Shown one piece after another: positions 53,153-63,837 of a stretch of DNA of 64,000 bases. The position numbers and the translations under genes were made by a program. Position 1 is the first letter of the stretch, and each line of letters opens with the position of its first letter. The notes under the pieces were generated by a model that was not told where the DNA came from, ran no database searches, and saw only the letters and a list, made by a program, of their open reading frames with translations. Source of the stretch: an uncultured Spirochaetota bacterium (GTDB taxonomy: Bacteria > Spirochaetota > UBA4802 > UBA5550); the NCBI GenBank assembly GCA_963827275.1, contig CAWHAA010000002.1, forward strand, positions 32,001-96,000, written 5' to 3'.

Positions 53153-55054
53153 ATGAAAAAAACAATAATTTTTATTCAACTCCCATTAATTAATCATTCT
53201 TATGATTATGTTCAGGGAAATATTGAATATGCTCCGGCCGCTATGGCGGGGTACATACACACCACTATATCACATGAGTATGCCATGTATGTCCTGCCGT
53301 CGGTCCTGGCCCAATTCGGATCGGATTCGGTAATAATAAAATATATAACGGCCATTAAGCCGGACATCGTCGCCTTCACCTCTTATTTATGGAATATTGA
53401 GCGCAATATGCGCATTGCGCAATCGGTCAAGAGCGGCGATGATCATATCCAGGTGCTCTTTGGGGGGCCTGAAATAAATGGAGGATCGGTCGCGTTTTTC
53501 GAGAAGAGGGAATATATTGATTATTTCGTGATCGGGGAGGGAGAATGGTTTTTCGATCGCTTTATTCGAGGAGATGATCTCGGCGCCTTCGAGAGGAGCT
53601 TCAACGGCAATCGCGTTATCATACAGCCTGAGGATGAGTTGGTTCCGTCGCATCGTATTTTTGAGCCCTTTACCGGCAGACGGCTCACCCCGATGCTCGA
53701 CGGGTCCATGTTTTTTGAGCTCACCAGGGGATGCCCCTACCGGTGCGCGTATTGCCAGTATTCCAAAAATTACTTCAGGGTCCGGGAACTGCCGTTTGAT
53801 GCGCTGGTCCGCGCGCTCACGGTCGACGCTGCCACGCTCAACCTGAAGGAGCTGTATATCCTGTCGCCGACGCTGAACACGACAGGTGATTTTGAAAAAA
53901 AACTCGAGCGCCTGGCAGGCCTGAAACACGGGATACGGCTCCATTCCGAAATGCGGGCCGACGGCATTGACGACAGGATATCGCGCATGCTCTATAACGC
54001 CGGGTTCCGGAGCATGGAGGTGGGCCTCCAGACATTGAACCTGAACGCATTGCGCGGGTCAGGGAGACTGAGCGATCCTGAAAAGGAGTTACGGGGCATG
54101 CAGTGTCTGCTCGGGGCCGGTATAGATCTGAAGATAGGACTGATTCCCGGACTTCCGGGTGATGACAGGACGTCCTTCACCAGCATGGTCGATATCCTGA
54201 TCAGCAGGGGGTTGAGGGAGAATATAGAATTGTATCCCCTGATGATGCTCCCGGGGACGGCGATACGCGACAGGGCAGACAGGGAGAAGATAAATTATTC
54301 AAGGAAACCGCCCTACTATTACCATGATGGGTGGGGGATGTCATTCGATGACATACGGTCCATTACCGGGTACGTGGAGGATGCCACCGGCATGTCGCAT
54401 GTTGTCAGGAAAATTCCTGATTTCAATTGCCATGCTGAGGGATTGTACTGCAGGGGGGTGTGGTTTAGCGGTGCTGATGAAGCGAACTGGGAGATCAGCA
54501 CATATCTCGGGCATATCGAGACCAGTGTGTTCAGTTTTTATATTACCGGTGCCGGGGCGCGTACAATCGCAAGGGGCCTCCCCCGGTTGCTGCATGGCAT
54601 GCCGGATTCCGTGCTCTTCAATATCATTTTCTATACGAATGAGCTTCAGGATGAGCGGGCGCTCCTTCCCGTCATGACAGACGGAGAGGGGGACACCCTG
54701 TACCGGAGGATCCATATCTTTCATGAGTGGAAGGATGGGTGCCCGGTACGGTATTACCAGGTATTTGACCGCTACCGGAGCTATGAAAAGGCAAAAGATT
54801 CATACGCCCTCATCACGCCGATATTCCATGTCCGCGCTGGCAATTGCGCAGACCTGTCATTAATCAATGACTATGAAGAGTATGTATTGATCGGGAAAGG
54901 GTCTTTTAACGCGGTAAAGAGGGAGCTTAAAAAATTCGCCGACTCTGCGCACACGGTCGCGTTCGAGGACGAATCGGAGCAGGAGCTGTTTTATACCATG
55001 ACCGGCTATGACTATATACGGCTGCCCTTCCGGTTCAGAGTAGAATCGCGATAG
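53153..55054 (+). CDS. B12-binding-domain radical SAM protein
   Basis: TSYLWN..GGPE..GEGE B12-binding region; RGCPYRCAYC motif. Confidence 0.88.
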   Translation: MKKTIIFIQLPLINHSYDYVQGNIEYAPAAMAGYIHTTISHEYAMYVLPSVLAQFGSDSVIIKYITAIKPDIVAFTSYLWNIERNMRIAQSVKSGDDHIQVLFGGPEINGGSVAFFEKREYIDYFVIGEGEWFFDRFIRGDDLGAFERSFNGNRVIIQPEDELVPSHRIFEPFTGRRLTPMLDGSMFFELTRGCPYRCAYCQYSKNYFRVRELPFDALVRALTVDAATLNLKELYILSPTLNTTGDFEKKLERLAGLKHGIRLHSEMRADGIDDRISRMLYNAGFRSMEVGLQTLNLNALRGSGRLSDPEKELRGMQCLLGAGIDLKIGLIPGLPGDDRTSFTSMVDILISRGLRENIELYPLMMLPGTAIRDRADREKINYSRKPPYYYHDGWGMSFDDIRSITGYVEDATGMSHVVRKIPDFNCHAEGLYCRGVWFSGADEANWEISTYLGHIETSVFSFYITGAGARTIARGLPRLLHGMPDSVLFNIIFYTNELQDERALLPVMTDGEGDTLYRRIHIFHEWKDGCPVRYYQVFDRYRSYEKAKDSYALITPIFHVRAGNCADLSLINDYEEYVLIGKGSFNAVKRELKKFADSAHTVAFEDESEQELFYTMTGYDYIRLPFRFRVESR

Positions 55055-55874
55055 AATCATTGAGCTCCTTAAGCGCGGCAACCGCCGCTTCCGCGTAATG
55101 GAGCTGCTTGTTTTTCTTGTACGCGTAGTTGATCCCGCTGGAAGAGTTGATGCGGTGGATCCTGATGTCCCCGTACTCCCTGAGGATATGCATCACCTCT
55201 TCAAGGCTGCCGCCCTGTGCGCCGATCCCGGGGATCAGGAGAGGGACCTCCTTCCCCGAACGGGCATATACGAGCAGTATCTGCGAGAGCTGGTCAGGGT
55301 AGGTGGCGCCCACTACCGAGCCGACCCCCGGCTGGTGCCACTCGGTGATTTTTTTCGCAACGTGCAGATAGAGCGGCTCGGTACCGACCAGCAGGTCCTG
55401 GATGTCCCTGGAGCTTTTGTTGGAGGTCTTCGTCAGGATATAGTACCCCTTTTCCGGATACAATTCAGTAAACGGCCTGATGGAGTCCAGCCCCATGTAG
55501 GGCGCAAGCGTGACCGCGTCAGCCTGGAAAAAATCGAACGCTTCGCGCGCGTACGCGGCCGCTGTTTTATCTATGTCCCCCCGTTTGACGTCAAGGATGA
55601 CGGGGAACCCTTCCTTTTTGCACAGGGAGATAATCCGTATTAGCGCCTCGATACCGGGTATGCCGTACTGGGCATAAAACGCATAGTTCGGCTTCACCGC
55701 TGCCGGATATATTTTTTTCTGAACGATCTTATTCAGGATCTCCTCGTAGAAGGCGATAATGATCGTTTTCGGATCGCCGGTAAGGGGGATATCCTCAACA
55801 ACGGGGTCCATGCCGAGGCAGACGATGGATTTGAATTTGTCGCTGGATAGTTTTAATAAATCGAGATAGTCCAC
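55035..55874 (-). CDS. pyrF: Orotidine-5'-phosphate decarboxylase
   Basis: CLGMDP, DVKRGDI, VVGATYP, LIPGIGAQGG. Confidence 0.94.
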   Translation of the reverse strand: MDYLDLLKLSSDKFKSIVCLGMDPVVEDIPLTGDPKTIIIAFYEEILNKIVQKKIYPAAVKPNYAFYAQYGIPGIEALIRIISLCKKEGFPVILDVKRGDIDKTAAAYAREAFDFFQADAVTLAPYMGLDSIRPFTELYPEKGYYILTKTSNKSSRDIQDLLVGTEPLYLHVAKKITEWHQPGVGSVVGATYPDQLSQILLVYARSGKEVPLLIPGIGAQGGSLEEVMHILREYGDIRIHRINSSSGINYAYKKNKQLHYAEAAVAALKELNDSIAILL

Positions 55875-55877
55875 AGG

Positions 55878-56414
55878 CTAGGTCTCCAAACTTTTGAGGT
55901 AATCAGCATAGAGCGTGACATTCTCCCTGTCAAAAAGGACGAAGTAGGTGTCGATACGATAATCATTATTTTGCATGAATTCGATTGCCGAATCGATCGC
56001 GATTCTACAGGCCCGGTCTTTCGGGTAGCCGTATACGCCGGTAGATATGGCCGGGAAGGAGATGGAGGTAAGCCGGTGCTCCTTCGCCAGCTTGAAGGAA
56101 TTCATGTAAGAATTTTTAAGCGTTACAGGTTCGCCGCTCTTCCCATCCCTGTAGACCGGGCCGGGAGTGTGGATGACATGGCGGGCCTTCAGGTTATGTC
56201 CCCCGGTAATCCTTGCCTCACCATGGCCGCATCCCCCGAGTTTCCTGCACTCTTCAAGGAGGCCGGGACCGGCTGCGCGGTGGATCGCGCCGTCCACGCC
56301 GCCGCCGCCAAGCAGGCTCGGGTTTGCGGCATTGACGATAGCGTCGGTTGACTCTTTCGTTATGTCTCCCTGCTTGACGTGGATATGGTCGAGTATTGAT
56401 CTCATTGAGGTCAT
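55878..56414 (-). CDS. Macrodomain O-acetyl-ADP-ribose deacetylase (YmdB-like)
   Basis: GDIT, IVNAAN..GGGGVDGAIHRAAG, FPAISTGVYGYP. Confidence 0.94.
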   Translation of the reverse strand: MTSMRSILDHIHVKQGDITKESTDAIVNAANPSLLGGGGVDGAIHRAAGPGLLEECRKLGGCGHGEARITGGHNLKARHVIHTPGPVYRDGKSGEPVTLKNSYMNSFKLAKEHRLTSISFPAISTGVYGYPKDRACRIAIDSAIEFMQNNDYRIDTYFVLFDRENVTLYADYLKSLET

Positions 56415-56613
56415 GTATCCGTGCTCGCTTCAGGCGGTAATAGCGGATAATATATTCTGACTGTGATATGCGGAATCGAAAATAAAAATGTCAATTATTA
56501 AATAATGACGGTTCGATTTAGCGACGTGTCAGTAAATTAATATATTGACTCAGTAGCGGTACCGCTACAATTAATACCTATACACCTATATATGCAAATT
56601 TGAATAATGGACT

Positions 56614-58497
56614 ATGATACGAAACCATGACATTATCGTAGTGGGCGCGGGACATGCCGGAATTGAGGCAGCGCTCGCGTCAGCCCGGCGGGGACTTGCC
56701 ACCCTGATGCTGACCGGGAACCTTGACACGATCGCGCAGATGAGCTGCAATCCCGCCATAGGCGGGCTTGCGAAGAGCCACCTGGTCAAGGAAGTGGACG
56801 CGCTCGGCGGAGAGATGGCCCGCGCCATCGACGCGACCGGGATCCATTTCAAGATGCTGAACAAGAGCAAAGGGCCCGCGGTATGGGCGCTTCGCGCCCA
56901 GGCGGATAAAAAGCTCTACCAGATGAAGATGAAGAGCGTGCTGGAATCGGAAACGCACCTTACCATCATCCAGGATATCGTGGAAGAGATCATCGTAGAG
57001 AATGGCATAGTGAAAGGGGTCAGGACTAAGCGGGGACAGGAGCATTGTGCGACCGCTGTTGTCCTCTGCACCGGGACCTTCCTCAAGGGACTCATACATA
57101 TCGGCGAGTACCAGGAGCACTGCGGACGGCTCGGCGATTTTTCCTCCGAAGGCCTGTCAGAATCGCTGCGCGCTATCGGCTTCCCGGTCTTCAGGTTGAA
57201 AACCGGCACACCGCCGCGCGTCAATGCGGAATCGATCGATTTCTCGCGCTGCGAGATACAGCACCCGGATGAAACGCCGGAGCCCTTTTCGTTTTCGACA
57301 GAGAAGATCGACCAGGAGCAGGTCCCCTGCTGGATCACCTATACCACGCCGGAGACGCACGCCATCATCCGCGAAAACCTCCACCGCTCGCCCCTGTACC
57401 GCGGCGTCATTAAAGGGGTGGGGGCCAGGTACTGTCCCTCTATCGAAGATAAAGTCGTGAGGTTTGCGGACAAACTACGGCACCAGCTCTTCCTCGAGCC
57501 GGAAGGGTATAATACAAAGGAAGTGTATATCAACGGCTTCTCAAGCTCACTCCCGGAAGACGTGCAGCTCGCGATGATCACAACGATCCCCGGCCTCGAG
57601 GAGGTGCGGGTGATGCGGCCGGCGTACGCGGTGGAGTACGATTTTGTTCCGCCCACGGAGCTGTATCCGACGCTGGAGACCAAGAGGGTGGCGGGGCTCT
57701 ATCATGCGGGGCAGATCAACGGGACGTCCGGCTACGAGGAGGCGGCAGCGCAGGGGATGATAGCGGGAATGAACGCGGGAAACAGGGTCCTCGGAAAGGA
57801 GCAGATCATAATCAAGCGCTACGAGGCGTATATAGGCGTATTGATCGATGACCTCGTCACCAAGGGGACGAACGAGCCGTACCGGATGTTTACTTCGCGC
57901 GCGGAGCACCGGCTCATCCTTCGGCAGGACAATGCCGACCGCCGGTTGATGCACTACGGACATGATGCCGGACTTGTCAGCGGGCAGGTGCATGAGGCGA
58001 TGAGGAAGAAATATCATTCAATCGATGCCTTCATCCTGGATTTCAGGAATCGGAGCATAGAGATCGATGATGCCGTGGCGGGGAGGCTCGGGACACCGGT
58101 GCCGATAACAGCGAGGGGGAAGGTCAAGATAGACAAGCTCCTGAAGCGTCCCGAGTGCAGAATAGGCGGCCTGCTGGAACTCCTTGGCGAGCATATTGAT
58201 CCGGCCCTGGCCGCGATCGTCGAGATGGAGATCAAATATGAAGGGTATATCGCGCGGGACCGTGAGCGTATTAGCAAGATACAGAAGATGGAGATGAGAA
58301 CAATACCCGCCGACCTGGATTACGGGAACATCGCGGGGATCAAGACAGAGGCGCGGGAAAAACTGAAGAAGGTGCGGCCTGCTACCGTGGGACAGGCAAA
58401 ACGGATCTCGGGGGTTGACCCGACCGACATATCGATATTGATGGTGTACCTGGAATCCATGGAGCGGCGCCGCAGTGAGGTTCCACGTGGAACATGA
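56614..58497 (+). CDS. mnmG: tRNA uridine-5-carboxymethylaminomethyl(34) synthesis enzyme
   Basis: [49 protein letters not shown]. Confidence 0.98.
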   Translation: MIRNHDIIVVGAGHAGIEAALASARRGLATLMLTGNLDTIAQMSCNPAIGGLAKSHLVKEVDALGGEMARAIDATGIHFKMLNKSKGPAVWALRAQADKKLYQMKMKSVLESETHLTIIQDIVEEIIVENGIVKGVRTKRGQEHCATAVVLCTGTFLKGLIHIGEYQEHCGRLGDFSSEGLSESLRAIGFPVFRLKTGTPPRVNAESIDFSRCEIQHPDETPEPFSFSTEKIDQEQVPCWITYTTPETHAIIRENLHRSPLYRGVIKGVGARYCPSIEDKVVRFADKLRHQLFLEPEGYNTKEVYINGFSSSLPEDVQLAMITTIPGLEEVRVMRPAYAVEYDFVPPTELYPTLETKRVAGLYHAGQINGTSGYEEAAAQGMIAGMNAGNRVLGKEQIIIKRYEAYIGVLIDDLVTKGTNEPYRMFTSRAEHRLILRQDNADRRLMHYGHDAGLVSGQVHEAMRKKYHSIDAFILDFRNRSIEIDDAVAGRLGTPVPITARGKVKIDKLLKRPECRIGGLLELLGEHIDPALAAIVEMEIKYEGYIARDRERISKIQKMEMRTIPADLDYGNIAGIKTEAREKLKKVRPATVGQAKRISGVDPTDISILMVYLESMERRRSEVPRGT

Positions 58498-59218
58498 TCT
58501 TCTCGCGACATGGCTGGAGAGCAGGAACGCGCAGATGGATACTGGATCGGTGCGCACCCTTAACGAATTCGCACGCATGATATTCGATACAAACCAGCAG
58601 TACAACCTGACCGGCCTGAAAACAGTAGCGGACATCATTACCACGCTGATCATCGGGAGCCTCGAGCCGTTTATCTCGTTTAAGGTTCCACGTGGAACAA
58701 TCTTTGCCGATATCGGGACCGGTGCGGGCGTCCCGGGCATCCCCCTCGCCGTGTACTCGGGCGCCTGGAAGGGGATCTTGATTGATTCCAGTAACAAGAA
58801 GATATCATTCGTGCGTTCTGTCATTGAGGAATGCGGTCTTGCTAATTGTGAGGCCGTGTCTGGTCGTATTGAGGAGCTTGCCCGCGGCTCGATGCGCGCC
58901 GCCTGCGATTTTGTCTTTTCGCGCGCCCTGGGGGAGATGTACTACGCGGTGGAGCTTGCCGCACCGCTCCTGAAAAAGGGGGGCCTTCTCTATGTGTACT
59001 CCAATGTAGCCCCCGGTGAGGTGCCGGCGCCGGTCGTGCGGCATGCCGGCGATGTGGGGCTCTCCCTGGTTGACCGGGAGAGGTTCGGGGACTTCGGCAT
59101 CGGGGCAACCGGTGTGGCGTTCGAGAAGACCGGCGGTACCGACCGGAGATATCCCCGGAATATGTCACAACTGAAGCGGGAGATGAAACAATGCGCACGC
59201 AACAACGAACCCGCATGA
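58475..59218 (+). CDS. rsmG: 16S rRNA m7G527 methyltransferase
   Basis: [29 protein letters not shown]; follows mnmG. True start may be GTG at 58487. Confidence 0.92.
   Translation: MRFHVEHDLLATWLESRNAQMDTGSVRTLNEFARMIFDTNQQYNLTGLKTVADIITTLIIGSLEPFISFKVPRGTIFADIGTGAGVPGIPLAVYSGAWKGILIDSSNKKISFVRSVIEECGLANCEAVSGRIEELARGSMRAACDFVFSRALGEMYYAVELAAPLLKKGGLLYVYSNVAPGEVPAPVVRHAGDVGLSLVDRERFGDFGIGATGVAFEKTGGTDRRYPRNMSQLKREMKQCARNNEPA
58479..58494. other. parS site 1
   Basis: GGTTCCACGTGGAACA, 15/16 match to the canonical parS TGTTNCACGTGNAACA. Confidence 0.85.
58684..58699. other. parS site 2
   Basis: Identical GGTTCCACGTGGAACA inside rsmG. Confidence 0.85.
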
Positions 59219-59850
59219 CGATATTCAGCGCGGTCGCTGCTCTCATCCTTTTTGGGGGGGTGATGCTGCTTGCGTTGTCCGTTCCTCCGGCTCTGGGCAG
59301 GCCTGTGGCCGGGGGAAAAATAATAAGCGACCGCACGATCATCGCTCCCGGATCAGGTGCTGAAGGGATCATGCTCGGCGAGAATATCAGCGAGGTGACC
59401 AGGCGTTTTGGGAAAAGCAGGTTCAGGATTTCACGGCCGGCCCGGCCCGCTGAATTATTCACCCATGTCTTCAAGGTGGCGGGACCGGCGAAGATATTTT
59501 TTGATGTCATCTATCACAATGACGGGCGGAAATGCGCGGTATGCGTATCGAAGGGATCCGTTGTAGCAGTCATCGGCCTTGACAGCGGCAGGACGACAAC
59601 GGATGACGTCAGCTTGCAGAGCGGCGCGGAAAATTTCATATTCAATTACGGGAACCGGGGCCTCAGGGTCCTGACCAGCGGAAACAGTACGGTATACCTG
59701 TATCAGCAGAACGGGATCGCTGTTGTCGATGACGACACCGACGATACGATCGATCTTTATCTTGTCTTCACCCCCTCGGGAGGCGCGCCGGACAGCCGCA
59801 ATGCCACTACTCCGCAGCCGGGGGTGGTGAGGGGACCCAATATAAAATAA
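59215..59850 (+). CDS. Hypothetical exported/membrane-anchored protein
   Basis: ATGA overlap with the rsmG stop; N-terminal hydrophobic segment. Confidence 0.7.
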   Translation: MTIFSAVAALILFGGVMLLALSVPPALGRPVAGGKIISDRTIIAPGSGAEGIMLGENISEVTRRFGKSRFRISRPARPAELFTHVFKVAGPAKIFFDVIYHNDGRKCAVCVSKGSVVAVIGLDSGRTTTDDVSLQSGAENFIFNYGNRGLRVLTSGNSTVYLYQQNGIAVVDDDTDDTIDLYLVFTPSGGAPDSRNATTPQPGVVRGPNIK

Positions 59851-60055
59851 CACCTGTTATGCTATTTATGGTGCCGCCCGCGCTCCCGGAACCCGGCACT
59901 GCGGTAAGCCGCTATGGCGGGCGTCGGCGGCGGAACCGGGTGCTGTACGCGCCCCGGGGGTGGAATTTGTATTGATTTCCTGCAGAAACGGGTACAGGGT
60001 GACGGCGGGCGGTTGGCAACCGGTGCTATGATTTTATGTTTTACGGAGTGTTTAT

Positions 60056-60547
60056 ATGGTTACGGTAGGCATCATAACTGTGAGCGACAGGTCGTCAAGG
60101 GGCCAGCGCGATGACCTGTCCGGGCCGGCCATCAGGCAGTGGGCGGAAGGGAAAGGCTATGAGGTGCGGAGCGAGGTCATCGTGCCGGATGAGACCGGCG
60201 ATATCACGCGGGCCCTCGTGAAACTGTCAGATGACGGGCTGGACCTGATCCTCACGACCGGGGGGACCGGTTTTGCCCCGCGGGACGTCACGCCCGAGGC
60301 CACGCTTTCGGTCGTGGAGAAACAGGCCCCGGGATTTGCTGAAGTCATGCGCATGAGGTCGTTCCAGATAACGCCTCACGCGATGCTCTCGCGTGCGGCA
60401 GCGGGGATCAGGAAAAAGAGCCTGATCATCAACCTGCCGGGAAGTCCCAAGGCGGTGCGGGAAAACCTGGGGTTTATCGAGGCGGCCATCCCCCATGCCG
60501 TGGAGCTGCTGCAGTCCCGGGTGACCGATTGCGGCAGCATCTCCTGA
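60056..60547 (+). CDS. mog: Molybdopterin adenylyltransferase MogA/MoaB
   Basis: ITVSDR..DLSG, TTGGTGFAPRDVTPEAT, LSRA, NLPGSPKAV. Confidence 0.94.
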   Translation: MVTVGIITVSDRSSRGQRDDLSGPAIRQWAEGKGYEVRSEVIVPDETGDITRALVKLSDDGLDLILTTGGTGFAPRDVTPEATLSVVEKQAPGFAEVMRMRSFQITPHAMLSRAAAGIRKKSLIINLPGSPKAVRENLGFIEAAIPHAVELLQSRVTDCGSIS

Positions 60548-60553
60548 TCTTCC

Positions 60554-61213
60554 TTATCCTCTTGCATCCGGCATCGCAATGGTCGTTTCACGATCGTGAT
60601 AACGGAGATGCAGCCGTCCCTTTTCAATGAAGGCAAGCAGACCGTCAAGGAAACCCGGATCGCCGATCTCTTCATGGCGAAGATGAAAGTAGTATTCACG
60701 CAGGATCATGATATTCCAGTCATGGGTGATGTTGATGGAGGAGGTGACCGCGTCGCGCAGTTGTCCCGCCAGTATGCCTGCTTGAACGCGGGCCGCTTGA
60801 GGAAGCGGCATGATCAGGCCGGTGGGCAGTTCGTTGTCGAACCATCTCCGGATGAAGAGCGAGTGCCCGAGCTGCTCTATGGCCGCAACAATCCCGTCCC
60901 AGTTCCCGGTGATATACGGACCGCCCAGGTCGAGCAACGGTCCGGCAAGCGTCGCTGCTGTGCCGCCGCCTGCCATCCCTTCGGAAATGCATTCAGCAGT
61001 TTCCCTGCAGCGAGGCACCGGGCTGTGGAAGATGGCATAGGGCCCATGGGGCGCGAGCGACCGCCCCAGGGTAACCGAATCTGACCTGCCCTTTGACGTC
61101 AGCGTCGGCACCAGCGCGTCTGCCATTTTTTCGATCGGGTGCCGCTCTGCGTGCCTGATTATGATGGCAACCGGTGATCCGCGTTCCGGGATCAGGATCC
61201 TGCTCTGTTCCAT
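60554..61213 (-). CDS. Histidine phosphatase family protein
   Basis: IRHAER, SP..RC.ETA, ITHD. Confidence 0.85.
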   Translation of the reverse strand: MEQSRILIPERGSPVAIIIRHAERHPIEKMADALVPTLTSKGRSDSVTLGRSLAPHGPYAIFHSPVPRCRETAECISEGMAGGGTAATLAGPLLDLGGPYITGNWDGIVAAIEQLGHSLFIRRWFDNELPTGLIMPLPQAARVQAGILAGQLRDAVTSSINITHDWNIMILREYYFHLRHEEIGDPGFLDGLLAFIEKGRLHLRYHDRETTIAMPDARG

Positions 61214-61417
61214 GTGATCAGTCTGATAAACGCCCCCTTGCCAGTCAAGTTGTTATCGGCCGGAGGGCCTGGCGAGGGGCCGTCTTATTTTTGTTGACTT
61301 TTTTTTTGATGTTAATTCTGGTGGGTCTGGTTCATTTCGCGAACCAGTGTATCTGGTGCGGCGGGGCGACATCAGCCGAAGGGTGAAGTTACGGGGGACA
61401 TTGATAAGGAGTTTTTA

Positions 61418-61678
61418 ATGAAGAGAGAAGAGTTAGTCGGGAAAATAGTCAAGATACTGAATGATGAATTTGAAATCGACAATCCCGGCCTGGATGATAA
61501 TCTGACTGAAAAATACGAATTTGACAGCATTGACGCGATAGCGTTGCTGGAGCATGTTGAGGATATGATCGGATCACCGCTGACACAGGAAGAGAAGAAG
61601 AAGGCGATGGATATCCGTACCATCAACCAGATCTGTGATTTCATCATGGACGTCGTGAAAAAGGGGACACGGCCGTAG
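61418..61678 (+). CDS. Acyl carrier protein
   Basis: FDSIDAIAL phosphopantetheine site; AAGGAG RBS. Confidence 0.9.
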   Translation: MKREELVGKIVKILNDEFEIDNPGLDDNLTEKYEFDSIDAIALLEHVEDMIGSPLTQEEKKKAMDIRTINQICDFIMDVVKKGTRP

Positions 61679-61709
61679 CGTCCCGGGCTGCAGCGGCCTT
61701 AACAAAATA

Positions 61710-62954
61710 ATGGAAAGAAGAGTCGTCATCACCGCAGAATCAGCACTCACCCCGATAGGACACGGAAAAAAGGATATCGTCGCGAACCTGGTCAAGGGAG
61801 TATCGGGCGTAAAGAAGATTAAAAAGGAAGATGACCTCCTCGCAAAATATCTCCACTCGAAGGTGTTCGGCCTCATCGATTATGATATCTCCTATGACTT
61901 TTCACGGAAATACACAAAGACCCTCGGGCCGGTCTCTTACTATGCCTGCCAGGTCGCGAAAGAGGTTATAGACCAGTCGGGGCTTGACCAGGGGATTCTT
62001 GCTTCCGGCAGGGTCGGCGTGGCATTCGGCTCAACGCACGGGAGCCCCTCTGTCCAGCGCCATATCTATGAGGCGTTTTTTGACCCAGAGAGAAAGGGCT
62101 ATGCGAAAATCAATGCGACGGACTACCTCAAGTCCATGGCGCATACCACAGCGGTCAACATCACCAGGATGTTCGGCATTACCGGCAGGGTTATAGCCTC
62201 CTGCACCGCGTGCACCACCGGCAGCCAGTCGATCGGCTACGGATATGAAGCGATCAAGTACGGCCTTCAGGACGCCATGCTCTGCGGTGCGGCCGATGAG
62301 TATGATACTACCACCATCGCGGTCTTTGACAATCTCCTTGCCTGTTCCACCGCGTACAACGACACGCCGCACTGTACGCCGCGCCCGTTCGACGTCAAGC
62401 GGGACGGCCTGGTCGTCGGCGAGGGTGCGGGCGCGGTCATGCTCGAGGAATACGAACATGCCAGGAAGCGCGGGGCCGAGATCCTCGCCGAGGTCATCGG
62501 GTTTTCCTGCAGCAACAACGGCGGCGACCTGATCCTGCCGAACGCGGACGGCGTGAAGCGGACCATCCGCATGGGGCTTGAGAATGCAGGGCTCAATCCC
62601 GGGGACGTCGGCTTCATCAGCGCCCATGCAACCTCGACCAAGATGGGCGATATCATTGAGGCCCAGGCAATACATGCGGAATACGGCGATCTGCCGTATG
62701 TAACAGGGTTGAAAAGCTACATGGGGCACACCATGAGTTCCTGCGGGGTCATAGAAACGATCTTTACCGTATATATGCTCCAGAAAGGCATTATTTTTCC
62801 CACGCTGAATCTTGATGAGATCGACCAGCGGTGCGGCATGATTCGGCATGTCACCGCCCTGCGGGAAGATCCCGGTCTCAGGATCGCGTCGATACAGAAT
62901 TTTGCTTTCGGCGGGGTCAATACCAGCCTCTTTATAAAGAAGTGGAATGAATAG
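61710..62954 (+). CDS. Beta-ketoacyl-ACP synthase (FabB/F fold, ApeR-like subtype)
   Basis: Catalytic TACTT, HATST, KSYMGH; NFAFGG. Confidence 0.92.
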   Translation: MERRVVITAESALTPIGHGKKDIVANLVKGVSGVKKIKKEDDLLAKYLHSKVFGLIDYDISYDFSRKYTKTLGPVSYYACQVAKEVIDQSGLDQGILASGRVGVAFGSTHGSPSVQRHIYEAFFDPERKGYAKINATDYLKSMAHTTAVNITRMFGITGRVIASCTACTTGSQSIGYGYEAIKYGLQDAMLCGAADEYDTTTIAVFDNLLACSTAYNDTPHCTPRPFDVKRDGLVVGEGAGAVMLEEYEHARKRGAEILAEVIGFSCSNNGGDLILPNADGVKRTIRMGLENAGLNPGDVGFISAHATSTKMGDIIEAQAIHAEYGDLPYVTGLKSYMGHTMSSCGVIETIFTVYMLQKGIIFPTLNLDEIDQRCGMIRHVTALREDPGLRIASIQNFAFGGVNTSLFIKKWNE

Positions 62955-62957
62955 CAC

Positions 62958-63734
62958 ATGCCGCGCGCATACCCGAGAATCATCCAGGTCCCCGTCAATG
63001 TTGTCGTGACCCTGGTCTGCTGGCTCTATTTTATATTCGGCTATATCCTATGCTATATCCCCGCGCTGCTGGTCCTGATGCCCTTTGCAAGGGACAGGGA
63101 ATCCCTGTTCCAGAAGGTGCAGTATATATGCTTCAGGGGCTTTTTCAGTCTCCTTGCCGGCATTACCCCCGGCCTGACGATCAGGATCAGCGAGGAGGTC
63201 CGCCGTATCAGATCGGCGGTCGTGGTGGCAAATCACCGTTCCTATCTGGATCCGATCCTCCTCATCTCCCTGTTCCCGAAGCAGAAGACGATAGTGAAAG
63301 GGATCTTCTTTAAGGTCCCCGTCATGCGGTGGGTCATGAAATTCGGCGGTTACATCCCCTTTGTGCGGCAGGGGACGGGGAGCGACCTGATGGCCGAGGG
63401 CATCCATGGCATGCCTGATTTTTTACGGAAGGGCGGGGTGCTCTTTGTATTCCCCGAGGGAAGGAGGAGCCGCACCGGCGAGTTGGGCGCTTTTCAGAAA
63501 GGTGCGTTTTCAATAGCCGCGACCTGCAACGCCCCTGTGGAGGTCCTGTATATCAATAATACCGACCGCCTCTTTGTTCCCGGGAAGTTTTTTTTCAATA
63601 CCTGCATTGACACGGCCATAACCGTGGAGCGGCTGGGAACTATCGGCCCGGTTGCCGGTGCCGGCCCCAGGGAACAGAGGGATCAGGCCCGACGGATGTA
63701 CACGCAACGCATGCAGAACGGCCGGCAGGAATGA
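62958..63734 (+). CDS. Lysophospholipid acyltransferase (PlsC-like)
   Basis: NHRSYLD and FPEG.RS motifs. Confidence 0.9.
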   Translation: MPRAYPRIIQVPVNVVVTLVCWLYFIFGYILCYIPALLVLMPFARDRESLFQKVQYICFRGFFSLLAGITPGLTIRISEEVRRIRSAVVVANHRSYLDPILLISLFPKQKTIVKGIFFKVPVMRWVMKFGGYIPFVRQGTGSDLMAEGIHGMPDFLRKGGVLFVFPEGRRSRTGELGAFQKGAFSIAATCNAPVEVLYINNTDRLFVPGKFFFNTCIDTAITVERLGTIGPVAGAGPREQRDQARRMYTQRMQNGRQE

Positions 63735-63837
63735 GGTGCCAGCAGATTTTTTTCCTCAAAATGTAATTAATATTTTTCCACAGCCCGATAATGTTACTAT
63801 AGAACCTTTCATGTCCATGTAAAGCGATGATAGCCGT

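Noticed and set aside
55878..56414. Macrodomain as part of a DarTG or anti-phage system
   Set aside because: It is an ordinary YmdB-like single domain co-oriented with pyrF, with no ADP-ribosyltransferase or sirtuin nearby.
59851..60055. Possible Moco riboswitch upstream of mog
   Set aside because: GC-rich stems are present but I could not recognise the conserved motif by eye; an Rfam scan would settle it.
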